Positions 36,125 through 46,166 are shown, numbered from the stretch's first letter. The stretch: 64,000 nt of DNA from Pseudomonadales bacterium (GCA_022827905.1 JAJEIQ010000050.1:1385-65384); one strand, 5' to 3'. Notes: a model not told the origin generated them from the sequence alone. Translations and numbers: made by a program.

Positions 36125-38644
36125 CTACTCGCCGAAACGCGTCGTCCAACTGACCCTCACCCAGGCCGGATGCGGTTGCACCACCGTCCCGGTCTGCGAG
36201 AAGTCTTCCGCGGCAAGGGTGTAGTCCTCGTCGAACAGGTTGTCCACGCTCACGTTCAGGTTGTGGTTTTGCCAGTCGAACCCGGCCTGCAGGTTGACCA
36301 GCGTCACGTCGTCGGCGACATAGGGGAACTCAGGCCGATCCTGGTGATTGAACTGGGTTGTGAAGCTGTCGCGGTAAATCACTTCGGCGCGCAGATAGGC
36401 ATTGGCTGGGCCAATCTGCCAGTTGAACTGGCCGTTTGCCCCTGCGGTCCACTTCGGTGCGTTGGGCAACCGCTGGCCGCTGACATCGCCGAATGCGGAA
36501 TTCTTGAAATCCTTGAACTTGGCATCGGAATAGCCAGCGAATGCGCCGAGCTGCAGATTTTCGCCGACCAGGGTTTGCACGGAGAATTCAAACCCTTTCG
36601 ACTCGGCCTCTTCGGCGTTGTTGACGCGGCTGTCCGGCTGCGGGCCACCCACGCAATCCACGCCCTGCGGACTGTCGAACGGCACCAGTTCGCCACTGGC
36701 CAGAGGGCAGACGAACCGATCCAGCCGCACCTGCATGTCATCCCATTGGGTCAGGAACACCGCCAGTTCCGCATAGGTGCGGTCCTGGTTGAAGCTGCCT
36801 TTCCAGCCCCACTCGAAACTGCTGACCCGCTCCTTGTCGAAGAAGGAGCGGGAGTCAATGGCCAGCGCCTCTCCCACGACGGCGGCGCGTCCACCGGCAT
36901 CGGCGGCGACGCGTATACCCGCGGCGCGGTAGCCCCGGGACCAAGTGAAGTACAGGTTGTGGTCCTCCCAGCCGGCCCAGCTAATGCCCAGACGCGGCGA
37001 GAAATCGGTGCTGTCGTTTTTGCCGGCGTTGAATATGTTCTGGGGAAAACGACCACCGGATACGAACATGCCGCCGCCACCCGTCTGATAGATCGGCAGG
37101 GGGTGCTGGTCGGGCCTCAGTTCACAGCCGGGGAGCAGCGGCGCCGGTACGCCATCCACCACGGGTCGGGTGCCGCAATCGAAGGATGCGTAGGTGTTCT
37201 CCCACCATTGTTCGTCGTTGTCCTCGGAGTACCGGCCGCTGAACGACAGGGTCAGGTCGTCGATGACCTCGTAGGACAGGTCGAAGAACAGCGCCCAGCC
37301 GTCGCGTTCGACGTTTTGTTCGTTTTCATTGGGCCGGTCGCCGGGGACAGTCAGGAATCCAATGAAGCCCGGCACGACATCCTGACCGGCGATGATGCGG
37401 TTGTCGACATTGAACCGGTCGTTGTACACCAAGCCGCCCACCGTCCAGTTGAATTCTCGCCCGCCGATCTCCCAGTCGTCGGCGGAATTCAGGCGCACTT
37501 CCTGGCTGAAGGATTCGGCGTCGTAGCGGTTCAGTCGGTTGAAGATGTCCCAGCCGGAGTTGTCGAGGTCTTCGAACTGCTCGAAATCGGACCGCTGGTT
37601 GCCGGTGATGGAGGTGAATGTGAAGCGCTCCGCGTCATACTGGATGCGCAGCAGCACCAAGCTGTTTTCGACCTCCTGGTAGGTGTCCTGGTCTTCGCAG
37701 TTGTGGCGGTCGTTGCCGTTCTGGAAGAAGATGTCCTCGCCCAGTCCACAGGTGCTGACCGGGTCGGTGGTGCCGCTCGCGCCGGGCCCGAAACTCAAGA
37801 AGCCGGCAGGCCGTTGGCCTGTGGGGATCTTGCCGAGGTTGCCCTGGTCTTCGCGAACGATCTGTCCGGTCAGGTCGATGGTCCAGTTTTCCGGCTGCCA
37901 ACGTATCGCGAGGCGCGCGTTCAGGTCTTCGTGATCCGCATCGTTGCCCGTGTGGCTCAAGTTCTCCACAGCGCCGTTGCTCTGTTCGAAAGCGATGCCG
38001 CCGCGAACGAAGAGGTCGTCCATGACGGGTACGTTGCCGACCGCGCCGACGGTGTAGGTCTCGAAACTGCCGTAACCCACCCTGACCTTGGCCATGGCGT
38101 TCTCGTCGGGCTTTCGCGTGACGATGTTGATGGCGCCGCCGGTGGCGTTGCGGCCGAAGTAAGTGCCTTGGGGACCGCGCAGGATTTCGATGCGCTCGAT
38201 GTCGTCCAGCGGTGGGTTGGCGGAGCCGCTGGCCACGGAGCTCACGCTGAACTCATCGACGTTCATCCCGATTGCGGGCCGCGACTGGATGATCCGTTCA
38301 TTGCCGCCGGAAGTGAGATCGCTGATGCCGCGGACCGAAATGTCGCCGTTCTTGGTGCCCTGCTGGTCGTTCTCGTTGAAAACGACGTTGGCGAGCCGCT
38401 GCACATAGTCCCGCGCACCGCGCATGCCGGAGCGCTCGATTTGCTCGCCTTCGAATACGCTGATGCTGATCGGTACTTCCTGAAGGTTCTCCTCGCGCCG
38501 CTGGGCGGTGACGATGACTTCCTCAATGATGGTGGCGGAGGCATCCGATTGCGCCAATGACGCTGGTGCCCAGCACAAGGCAGCCACAGTTGCGAGAGAG
38601 GTTGCGAACGGTGTCCAACGATTCCGGAACAGGTGTCTGAACAT
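36125..38644 (-). CDS. TonB-dependent receptor
   Basis: ATG 38644 follows AAGGGGGA. Signal peptide MFRHLFRNRWTPFATSLATVAALCWAPASLAQ. Plug: IIEEVIVTAQRREENLQEVP. The ORF-track start 39016 is rejected. Confidence 0.9.
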   Translation of the reverse strand: MFRHLFRNRWTPFATSLATVAALCWAPASLAQSDASATIIEEVIVTAQRREENLQEVPISISVFEGEQIERSGMRGARDYVQRLANVVFNENDQQGTKNGDISVRGISDLTSGGNERIIQSRPAIGMNVDEFSVSSVASGSANPPLDDIERIEILRGPQGTYFGRNATGGAINIVTRKPDENAMAKVRVGYGSFETYTVGAVGNVPVMDDLFVRGGIAFEQSNGAVENLSHTGNDADHEDLNARLAIRWQPENWTIDLTGQIVREDQGNLGKIPTGQRPAGFLSFGPGASGTTDPVSTCGLGEDIFFQNGNDRHNCEDQDTYQEVENSLVLLRIQYDAERFTFTSITGNQRSDFEQFEDLDNSGWDIFNRLNRYDAESFSQEVRLNSADDWEIGGREFNWTVGGLVYNDRFNVDNRIIAGQDVVPGFIGFLTVPGDRPNENEQNVERDGWALFFDLSYEVIDDLTLSFSGRYSEDNDEQWWENTYASFDCGTRPVVDGVPAPLLPGCELRPDQHPLPIYQTGGGGMFVSGGRFPQNIFNAGKNDSTDFSPRLGISWAGWEDHNLYFTWSRGYRAAGIRVAADAGGRAAVVGEALAIDSRSFFDKERVSSFEWGWKGSFNQDRTYAELAVFLTQWDDMQVRLDRFVCPLASGELVPFDSPQGVDCVGGPQPDSRVNNAEEAESKGFEFSVQTLVGENLQLGAFAGYSDAKFKDFKNSAFGDVSGQRLPNAPKWTAGANGQFNWQIGPANAYLRAEVIYRDSFTTQFNHQDRPEFPYVADDVTLVNLQAGFDWQNHNLNVSVDNLFDEDYTLAAEDFSQTGTVVQPHPAWVRVSWTTRFGE

Positions 38645-38768
38645 GGTATCCCCCTTGAGTTCAATCCATTCGGAAGGCCGTATGTAAGCGCTTACACTAC
38701 TACTAGACTTTCTTCTCTTCAAGCGTTTGCGGGTCCAAATGAGCAATGCTGTCCAAGCTCGATACGCC

Positions 38769-38879
38769 GAGTGGGTGTGCGGTGCGGGCATGCGGCACGC
38801 CAGGCGGGGTTGCCCTCCCGGTCTGAAGGGCTTACGACGAGCCTTAACTGTGCCGCATGCCCGCACCGCACACCCACTC
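38769..38879. repeat. perfect 30-bp inverted repeat with 51-nt spacer in divergent intergenic region
   Basis: GAGTGGGTGTGCGGTGCGGGCATGCGGCAC (38769-38798) is the exact reverse complement of GTGCCGCATGCCCGCACCGCACACCCACTC (38850-38879). Confidence 0.9.
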
Positions 38880-38930
38880 TCATTCTTGATATCCGTGTTG
38901 ATGGGACGGTGCCGGAGTAAAATCAAAGCA

Positions 38931-40214
38931 ATGAACGCAATGCTCAAGACGCTGTTTTCCTGCCTCGCATTGGTGATGCTGGCCCGGGTGGCGATTGCCG
39001 AGCCACCCAACATCATACTGATCCTTGCCGATGACCTCGGTTATGGCGACATCGGCGCTTACGGCGCGGAACTGATCGAGACGCCCAGGCTTGACCGGCT
39101 GGCTCGGGAAGGCGTGCGGTTGACGGATTTCTATGCGAGCGGCAATGTCTGCACGCCTTCTCGCGCCGGGTTGCTGACCGGCCGTTATCCGATTCGCGAC
39201 GGTTTGGCGGCGGGCACCGTCACCGTGGACGACCAGCGCGGTTTACCTTCCGGCACGATGACCCTTGGCGAAGTGGCGCAACGCCAAGGGGTTCGGACCG
39301 CGTTGATCGGCAAGTGGCATCTGGGCCATCACCGGGAGGGACAGCGGCCCAATGCGAGGGGGTTCGATCTGTTCTATGGCCTGCTGCATCCAAACGATGT
39401 GGAGCAACCCGTCTATCGCAACGCGCAGGCACTGCCCGACCACTTTGAACAAGATGGGCTGACCCGCCGCTTCACCACCGAAGCGGTGCAATTCATCGAC
39501 CGCAACGCTGATCGGCCGTTTTTCCTGTACATGGCACATACCGCGCCGCACATTCCGCTGGCGGCGTCCGCCGAGTTCGCGGGTTCATCCCGGGCGGGCA
39601 CATACGGCGACGTGGTCCAGGAGCTCGACTGGAGCGTCGGGGAACTGCTCGACGCCGTCGCGCGCAACGGCATCGCGGAGAACACAGTCATCCTGTTCAC
39701 CAGCGACAACGGCCCGTTTCCGGAGGGCAGCAGCGGCGGATTGCGTGGCGGCAAGGCCACGGCCTGGGACGGCGGCTTCCGGGTTCCGTTCATCGCCCGT
39801 TGGCCAAGCCGAATGCCTGCGGGCCATGCGACAGGCGCCATGGCGATGAACATCGATCTGTTCCCGACCATTGCCGCCATCCTGGATATCCCGCCGATGG
39901 AGGCCCGGATGCTGGATGGGCGCAACATATTGCCCATTCTGACCGGCGCTTCGAACGATTCTCCCCACGAGGCGCTCTACTTCTTCAATCACGACCGCAT
40001 AGCGGGATTGCGAACCCAGGACTGGAAGATCGTTGTGCGGGCGGACTACCGCAACATCGAGCGCTGGCTGCCAGGCCGGGATATCCCACTGCTGTTCGAC
40101 ATGCGCGCGGATCCGATGGAACGATACAGCTTGGCTCGGCACCACCCCGCCAAGTGGCTGGAACTCGAAGCGCTGCTCAAGCGTGGTGAGCGGGAGTTCG
40201 CGACGGTCAATTAG
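38931..40214 (+). CDS. sulfatase (Cys-type, secreted)
   Basis: Signal peptide MNAMLKTLFSCLALVMLARVAIA. Motifs NIILILADDLGYGD and signature CTPSRAGLLTG. The ORF-track start 38727 is rejected. Confidence 0.9.
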   Translation: MNAMLKTLFSCLALVMLARVAIAEPPNIILILADDLGYGDIGAYGAELIETPRLDRLAREGVRLTDFYASGNVCTPSRAGLLTGRYPIRDGLAAGTVTVDDQRGLPSGTMTLGEVAQRQGVRTALIGKWHLGHHREGQRPNARGFDLFYGLLHPNDVEQPVYRNAQALPDHFEQDGLTRRFTTEAVQFIDRNADRPFFLYMAHTAPHIPLAASAEFAGSSRAGTYGDVVQELDWSVGELLDAVARNGIAENTVILFTSDNGPFPEGSSGGLRGGKATAWDGGFRVPFIARWPSRMPAGHATGAMAMNIDLFPTIAAILDIPPMEARMLDGRNILPILTGASNDSPHEALYFFNHDRIAGLRTQDWKIVVRADYRNIERWLPGRDIPLLFDMRADPMERYSLARHHPAKWLELEALLKRGEREFATVN

Positions 40215-40226
40215 GGCCTGTTGACA

Positions 40227-41300
40227 CTACGGCGGGGGGCCGGTGCTGCGGCGCAGCACGAATTCCGGCTCGACTTCGCGGCGGTACACCGGCGGGCCCC
40301 GGGACTGCAACGTGTCGACGACGCACTCCGCGGTGACCTCGCCCATTTCCCAGTCCGGGGTGCGCATGGTGGTTAGGGGCGGGTCAACCAGCGCGGCTAG
40401 TTCGATGTCGTCGAAGCCGACGATGGACACGTCCCGGGGAATGCGGATGCCCATGCTCGCCGCCTCGAAGATGGCGCCGATGGCGAGTTGGTCGTTCATG
40501 CAGACGAGGGCGGTGGGGCGCGTCGGCGCGGACATGATCTTGCGGAAACAGGATCTCCCCTTGCCGATGGAAAAGTACGTGTTGGTGATGTGGTCGGGCG
40601 AGATGGTGAGTCCGACTTCGTCGAGCGCTTCCACCACGCCCGCGTGGGCCTTGCGAACCCGGGCATCGGGCTCCAGAGTGTGCAGGTGCTCGATCTGCGG
40701 GGAGGCGATCATCATGAGGCCGAAGCGCCGGTGGCCGAGCGCCACGAGGTGGCGGGTCAGACGCCGAAAGGCAGCATAGCCGTCGTAGCCGATGGTTGTG
40801 TAGCCTTCGATGGGTTCGACCGCACGGGTGACGATGGTCGGCACCCCCACTGACTCGACCAGGTTCCAAATTTCCTTGCCGTGGGCGCTGCTGTGGTGGA
40901 GCACCAGCGCATCGACGCCACGTTCAAGTAAACGCTTGGCCTGCTCGATCTCGTTGGCCTCGTCGAGTCCGCTGCAGGCAAGCAACAGCACGTAGCCGGC
41001 ATCCATCAAGCGCCGTTGCAGAGCTTCCAGTTCAGTCGCGACATTGGCGTGCCCGAGGGTGGCGGTGATGGCGCCGATGGTGTGCGTCCTGCGCGAGGCA
41101 AGCGCCTTGGCGGCCCCGGACGGCACCCAATTGAGTTCCGCGACGGTCTTCAGCACCCGAGCCCGGGTGGCGTCGGATACCTTGTCCGGCGAATTCATCG
41201 TGCGGGAAACGCTGGCGGTGGAAACCCCGGCGTGGGCGGCGATGTCCGCCAAGGTCACGACGTTGCTCTTGCGTCTGGGTCTTTGTGCGTTTCCGCTCAT
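40227..41300 (-). CDS. LacI-family transcriptional regulator
   Basis: HTH VTLADIAAHAGVSTASVSRTMN plus a periplasmic-binding-fold effector domain. It starts immediately after the dctM stop. Confidence 0.9.
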   Translation of the reverse strand: MSGNAQRPRRKSNVVTLADIAAHAGVSTASVSRTMNSPDKVSDATRARVLKTVAELNWVPSGAAKALASRRTHTIGAITATLGHANVATELEALQRRLMDAGYVLLLACSGLDEANEIEQAKRLLERGVDALVLHHSSAHGKEIWNLVESVGVPTIVTRAVEPIEGYTTIGYDGYAAFRRLTRHLVALGHRRFGLMMIASPQIEHLHTLEPDARVRKAHAGVVEALDEVGLTISPDHITNTYFSIGKGRSCFRKIMSAPTRPTALVCMNDQLAIGAIFEAASMGIRIPRDVSIVGFDDIELAALVDPPLTTMRTPDWEMGEVTAECVVDTLQSRGPPVYRREVEPEFVLRRSTGPPP

Positions 41301-42590
41301 TTATCTCATCAGCTCCGGCAATAGCAGCGCGATGCCCGGGAACAGAATGATAAGCGCCAAGCGCAGCAGGTCGGCAATGCCGAAGGGCAACAGTCCAGCA
41401 AAGATTCTGGCCAATGGGATGTCCGTCACCAGGGACTTCACCACAAAGACGTTCATGCCGATGGGCGGCGTGATCAGGCCGATCTCCGCGACGATGAGGA
41501 TGAATATGCCGAGCCACACCGGGTCGAATCCAAGGCCGGTCAGTGCCGGAAAAAAGATTGGCAGCGTGAGCAGCAGCAGGGAACTGCTTTCCAGGATGCA
41601 GCCGAGCGCGACGTAGATGAGTATGGCGGCGGCGAGGACGGTCATGGCGCCCAGATTCGATGCGACAATCCAGTCGTCGATGGCGCTGGGCAATCCGGCC
41701 ACGGTGACGAAGTTGGCGAACAGCAGCGCGCCGAAGAAGACCACGAAGAGGTTGGCTGTGGTTCCGATGGTCTGCGCCAGAATCTCCCGCAGCGCCGCCA
41801 AGTCCAGCGAGTGGCGGGCAACCGCGATGGCGATGGCGCCAAAGGCGCCCACCCCTGCTGCCTCCATGGCGGTGAATGCCCCCGCATAGATGCCGCCGAG
41901 AACCAGCACAAACAGAAAGGCCACGGGCCAGACCGGCAGCAACAACGGCAGCCGCTCGCGCCAGGGGATCCGGTCGCTTGGCGGGCCGTAGTTTGGTTTG
42001 ATCCGTGCGATCACGCGCACCGCCAGCAAGTAAAGGAGCACGCTGAGCAGGCCGGGCAACACCCCCGCAACCATAAGTTGGCTCAGCGACACGCCGGTGA
42101 TAAGCGAATAGAACACCATGCCGATGCTGGGCGGAATCAACACGCCAAGGGTGCCGCCGGCGGCCACCGAGGCGGCGGCGAATCCAGGGTCGTAGCGGCG
42201 CTCGCGCATGGCCGGCACCGAAATGCCGGTCATCGTGGCCGCGCAGGCGTAGCTGGATCCGGAAACGGCGGCAAAACCGCCGCTGGCGGCGATGGTGGCC
42301 ATGGCGAGACCGCCCGGCCGGTGGCCGAGGAAGGCGTGGGCCGCGTTGTAGAGATCCGCCGCCATGCGCGTTCGCCCAAGGACGTTGCCCATGAGCACGA
42401 ACAGCGGCAGCACCGAAAAGTTGTAATTCAACGCCGCATCGATGCCCACCTGTCCGATCATGATGACGGCGGGGTCCAGACCGCGCAGCGTGGCGACGCC
42501 GAGCACACCCACCAGCGCCATGCTGAAACCGATCGGCACACCTGCAACCAACAGCAGCAGCAACAGCGCGAGGCCGATGGCGAACAGCAT
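41301..42590 (-). CDS. dctM: TRAP transporter large permease
   Basis: The internal ATG at 42590 (MLFAIGLALLLLLLVAGVPIGF) overlaps the dctQ stop by 1 nt. Polytopic, 429 aa. The ORF-track start 43043 is rejected. Confidence 0.9.
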   Translation of the reverse strand: MLFAIGLALLLLLLVAGVPIGFSMALVGVLGVATLRGLDPAVIMIGQVGIDAALNYNFSVLPLFVLMGNVLGRTRMAADLYNAAHAFLGHRPGGLAMATIAASGGFAAVSGSSYACAATMTGISVPAMRERRYDPGFAAASVAAGGTLGVLIPPSIGMVFYSLITGVSLSQLMVAGVLPGLLSVLLYLLAVRVIARIKPNYGPPSDRIPWRERLPLLLPVWPVAFLFVLVLGGIYAGAFTAMEAAGVGAFGAIAIAVARHSLDLAALREILAQTIGTTANLFVVFFGALLFANFVTVAGLPSAIDDWIVASNLGAMTVLAAAILIYVALGCILESSSLLLLTLPIFFPALTGLGFDPVWLGIFILIVAEIGLITPPIGMNVFVVKSLVTDIPLARIFAGLLPFGIADLLRLALIILFPGIALLLPELMR

Positions 42591-43087
42591 CAGGGCTCGC
42601 CCTCCCCCGCGTCGCGCTCCCCCAAGCGGGGCAACAGCCGGGCCACGGTCAGTAGCGCCGCCAGAAGGCTCAGCACCCCGCCTAGGTAGGCGAACCAGGC
42701 GAGGGGCAGCGCCAGCATCTCGATGAGTTCGCCCCGGTCGGCGTAGTACCGCCCCTGCCACATAAACTGCAAGCCGAATGCCGTCAGGCACAGTGCCGCG
42801 GCGATCTCCACCAATCGCTCGCGAAATCTCGCCAGCGGCGGCGGTAGCGCCGTTTTCAGCAACTCGACCTGCATATAAGCCCGATTCGACGACAGCAGCG
42901 GCAAGCCGAGAAAGACGACAATGAGCACCAGCGCCTGCACCAGGGCGTGGCCGCTGGTGACGGGCATGCCGAGGGCGTAGCGGCCGATCACGTCGATCAC
43001 GGTCACCAGCACCATTGCCAGCAGGGCCGCTCCCGCAATCCACGCTAGGTACTTGGCAGCCTTATGGACTACGCGGTCCGCGCTCAT
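42590..43087 (-). CDS. dctQ: TRAP transporter small permease
   Basis: 165 aa, 4-TM profile. ATGA overlap with the dctP stop. Confidence 0.8.
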   Translation of the reverse strand: MSADRVVHKAAKYLAWIAGAALLAMVLVTVIDVIGRYALGMPVTSGHALVQALVLIVVFLGLPLLSSNRAYMQVELLKTALPPPLARFRERLVEIAAALCLTAFGLQFMWQGRYYADRGELIEMLALPLAWFAYLGGVLSLLAALLTVARLLPRLGERDAGEGEP

Positions 43088-44154
43088 GGCGAAGGCCCGG
43101 ACAATCTGCCGAGGCGAGTGGCTTCGCTGCGCACCGCGTCCCGGAACGATGCCAGCACCGCGGCCCCGTCGATGCCGTTGGCATTGGCGTGTTCGACCCA
43201 GGCCCGGTCGATGAACGAAGCCGCGGCGCGAAAGCGGCGCTCAAAGTCCTCGCTCGGCGTGATGCGAACGATACCCGCGGACCGCAGTTCCCGATCGGCT
43301 TCCTCGGTCCGCGCGATGAAGACTCGGGCCGCACGGCGCGCAAAGGCCTCCCCGGAAAGTTCCAGAATGCGGCGGCGGTCCCCTGCCCCGATTCGCCGCC
43401 AGCTCTCGTTGTTGGCAACCAGATAGAATCCGCCCCAACTAAGCCCTGCCCCCATGGCGACCGGCGTTTCGTATTTTAGAAAGGGATAGAGCTGCAGGCG
43501 CGACGTTCCGGTCGGCCCCATGCTGACGCCGTCGATGATGCCCCGGGAGAGGCCGTCGTGGATCTCGGGGGCGGTCAGCAGCACCGGGATGGCGCCGAGC
43601 CGCGCGATCAATTCGGCACCCAACTCGCTGGGGGCGGCGATTTTCAGGCCTGCCAGATCGGCCATCTCGCGCACCGGTTGATCGGTGGTGTAGAGCTGCT
43701 GCAGGCTGCTGACGTGCAGGGCCAGCACCTTGGTGCCGGCGAATTCCCCGGCTGGCGCCAAATGTTGCGCATAGGTGCGCCACAGGGCGACGGAAATCGA
43801 TTCCGGGTCGCTGGTTCCGAGATACGGCGACTCATTGATCATGGCAAGCCGAAAGCGACCGGGATTGGAACTCTGGTTGCCGCCGGCAAGGTCCACTAGG
43901 CCGGACCAAGCCATGTCGAAATTGCGCCGGTAACTGCCCAGCGGGGCAATGCTGAAGCGCACCCTAACCCTTCCTTCCGTAGCCCGGGCCACATCCCGTG
44001 CCCAGGGCACGAGGATGTCCGAATGATAGAAGTGGGTGCGGGGCGCGACTTGGTTGATCAGCAAGACATGTTCGGGCGGGGCCGTGTGGGCCACGGTTGC
44101 GGCGATCAGCAGTGACGCGGCCACCGCCGCGGCAATCCGAGGCAGGAGGCTCAC
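43084..44154 (-). CDS. dctP: TRAP transporter substrate-binding protein
   Basis: Signal peptide MSLLPRIAAAVAASLLIAATVAHT. 356 aa. GTGA overlap with the upstream ADH stop. Its position is 5' of dctQM. Confidence 0.8.
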   Translation of the reverse strand: MSLLPRIAAAVAASLLIAATVAHTAPPEHVLLINQVAPRTHFYHSDILVPWARDVARATEGRVRVRFSIAPLGSYRRNFDMAWSGLVDLAGGNQSSNPGRFRLAMINESPYLGTSDPESISVALWRTYAQHLAPAGEFAGTKVLALHVSSLQQLYTTDQPVREMADLAGLKIAAPSELGAELIARLGAIPVLLTAPEIHDGLSRGIIDGVSMGPTGTSRLQLYPFLKYETPVAMGAGLSWGGFYLVANNESWRRIGAGDRRRILELSGEAFARRAARVFIARTEEADRELRSAGIVRITPSEDFERRFRAAASFIDRAWVEHANANGIDGAAVLASFRDAVRSEATRLGRLSGPSP

Positions 44155-45149
44155 AGGCCGTTTCGGGTCCAGTCGAACAGGATGCCCAAGGTATCCTGTC
44201 GATGCTCCACCGCCAGCTCGTAGGCCGCCGCGCAGTCCTCGGGTGAGAACTCGTGGGTGATCAGGCCATCGACATCGACCCGTCCGGCGATCAGGGAATC
44301 GAAGAACAACGCATCAATCCGGCGTTGCGTCCAGCCATCGCGGTCGTGGCTGTCGTGGGTGGCCTGAATGGTCAGTCCCTTGGTCATCACATCGGAGGTC
44401 AGGTGCTGGCGGTCGGGATAGCCGGTGTCGCCGAGCAGAATCACCTTGCCGAACCGGGGCGCGGCGGCGAGTGCGTGGGGAAACACGGCGGGGCTACCCG
44501 TGGCTTCCACCACCACATCGGGGCCTTTGCCGTGATTCATCGCGCCGATTTCAGCCAGCTGATCGGCGACGTCGCCACAGAGCGTCTGCGTGGCGCCGCC
44601 GCGCCGGGCGTGTTCAAGGCGCTGTTCCGCTAGGTCGGAAACCGCGACCAATCCGACATTGGCGCTCCGCGCCCATCGCACCGCCATCTGCCCAACCGGC
44701 CCAGCGCCGATGATCAACGCCTGCCCGCCGAGCCGGAATGGCGCCGCCCAGGCGGCCCGAAAGGCCGTCTTGGCGAGGCCGCACCAGCAGGCGGATTTGG
44801 AGTCCACCGCCGCGGGAACCGGGGACAGCAGCTTTTCCGGCATGACTTGGTGGGAACCATGCGCCATGCGCATGAAGATGCGCTCGCCGGGCGCGAAGTC
44901 CCGTACCGCGCGGCCCACGGCCTCCACCACGGCCACGGCCTGAACACCGGTTTTCAGTTGCGGAAACCCGAAGATGCGGTCGTAATGTGTGCCAGGGTCG
45001 TACTTTTGATGGAGGATGGCGGTTTCGGTGCCGATGCTCATCAAGCTGTACAGGGTACGGACCCGCACCGAGTCGTCGGCCATCTCCGGCAATTCGAAGT
45101 CCTGCAGCACCGCTTGGCCGCGTTTCGGGAAAATGATTCGCTGGGGCAT
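44151..45149 (-). CDS. medium-chain (zinc-type) alcohol dehydrogenase family oxidoreductase
   Basis: GroES-like N-domain and Rossmann motif IIGAGPVGQMAVRWAR. 332 aa. Confidence 0.8.
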   Translation of the reverse strand: MPQRIIFPKRGQAVLQDFELPEMADDSVRVRTLYSLMSIGTETAILHQKYDPGTHYDRIFGFPQLKTGVQAVAVVEAVGRAVRDFAPGERIFMRMAHGSHQVMPEKLLSPVPAAVDSKSACWCGLAKTAFRAAWAAPFRLGGQALIIGAGPVGQMAVRWARSANVGLVAVSDLAEQRLEHARRGGATQTLCGDVADQLAEIGAMNHGKGPDVVVEATGSPAVFPHALAAAPRFGKVILLGDTGYPDRQHLTSDVMTKGLTIQATHDSHDRDGWTQRRIDALFFDSLIAGRVDVDGLITHEFSPEDCAAAYELAVEHRQDTLGILFDWTRNGL

Positions 45150-45293
45150 GGTTCCCGCCTAGCGTCGCCTCGTTTGAGTCGCCTTGGGGCGAACTTGCTT
45201 TTACTATAGCGAAAACCAATGGCCCGGTTCAGTGGCGTGGCGGACCGGCCACAACACCTTGATTGCGACATAGGGGGCTGGCAAGGGAAGCCG

Positions 45294-46166
45294 ATGGCGG
45301 TCGTGTTGATTACCGGATGCAGCAGCGGTTTCGGCTTGGAGGCCGCGCTGGCGTTCGCCCGGCGCGGCGATGTCGTGATCGCCACCATGCGCAACTTGGC
45401 CGGGGGCGGGCGGCTGGCGCAGGCGGCGCGGGCGGAGTCGCTGGACATCGAGGTGGCGCGCCTGGACGTGACCGAATCGCACAGCCTAGGACCCGCGGTC
45501 GCGCGAGTGGTCGAAACGCACGGCCAGCTCGATGTGTTGGTCAACAACGCCGGCATCAATCGCATCGGTGCCTTTGAGGACACCTCGGAGGCAGCGCTGC
45601 GCGAGATCATGGAAGTCAACCTGTTCGGCCCGCTGTTGCTGGCCCGGGCGGTGCTGCCGGTCATGCGCAAACAGGGCGGCGGCTGCATCATCAACCTGAG
45701 TTCGCTGTCCGGGGTTGCCGGGCTGCCCGGCGACGTCTCCTACACGGCCAGCAAGTTTGCCTTGGAGGGCGCCGTCGAGGCCTTGCGCCACGAAGTGGAT
45801 CGCTGGGGGATACGGGTGGCGCTGGTCGAACCCGGACTGCACGCGACGGAGATCTTTGCGGAGGCGTTGTCGGGACCGCTGCCCATTGCGCCGGAATCCG
45901 CTTATCGTCCGCTAATCGAGCAACGGATGGCGAACCTCGGCAAGCGCATCGGCGATGCCCGCCACCCGCGCCTAGTGGGCGAGCTGTTGGTTCGGATAGC
46001 CCACTCGGCTGGCGACCAACTGCGCTGGCCCGCAGACGAACTGGCCGCGCGCGTCATGTCAACGATGCTCGCCCAGGACGATGCGGAGCGGGACACCTTC
46101 CTGCGCGGCGTTGCCAACAGCGACTGGTGGGGGCGGGGCGAACCGGGGCCGGAGGACGGCGAATGA
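45294..46166 (+). CDS. SDR-family oxidoreductase
   Basis: Cofactor motif VLITGCSSGFG and catalytic motif YTASKFALEG. The ATG at 45294 is preferred over the track start 45219. Confidence 0.9.
   Translation: MAVVLITGCSSGFGLEAALAFARRGDVVIATMRNLAGGGRLAQAARAESLDIEVARLDVTESHSLGPAVARVVETHGQLDVLVNNAGINRIGAFEDTSEAALREIMEVNLFGPLLLARAVLPVMRKQGGGCIINLSSLSGVAGLPGDVSYTASKFALEGAVEALRHEVDRWGIRVALVEPGLHATEIFAEALSGPLPIAPESAYRPLIEQRMANLGKRIGDARHPRLVGELLVRIAHSAGDQLRWPADELAARVMSTMLAQDDAERDTFLRGVANSDWWGRGEPGPEDGE

Noticed and set aside
35942-38560. An 872-aa ORF on the plus strand.
   Set aside because: It lies antisense to a clearly recognisable TonB-dependent receptor (plug and barrel motifs). Its translation is low-complexity and Ala/Gly/Val/Arg-rich, which is typical of antisense frames in high-GC DNA.
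38645-39016. N-terminal extensions in the ORF track (36125-39016; also 41301-43043, 38727-40214, 13609-15492, 420-2069, 2014-5979, 62257-63894).
   Set aside because: Internal starts give canonical signal peptides or N-termini, Shine-Dalgarno sequences, or stop/start coupling with the upstream gene. The extensions are Arg/Pro/Gly-rich and would overlap neighbouring genes or intergenic repeats.
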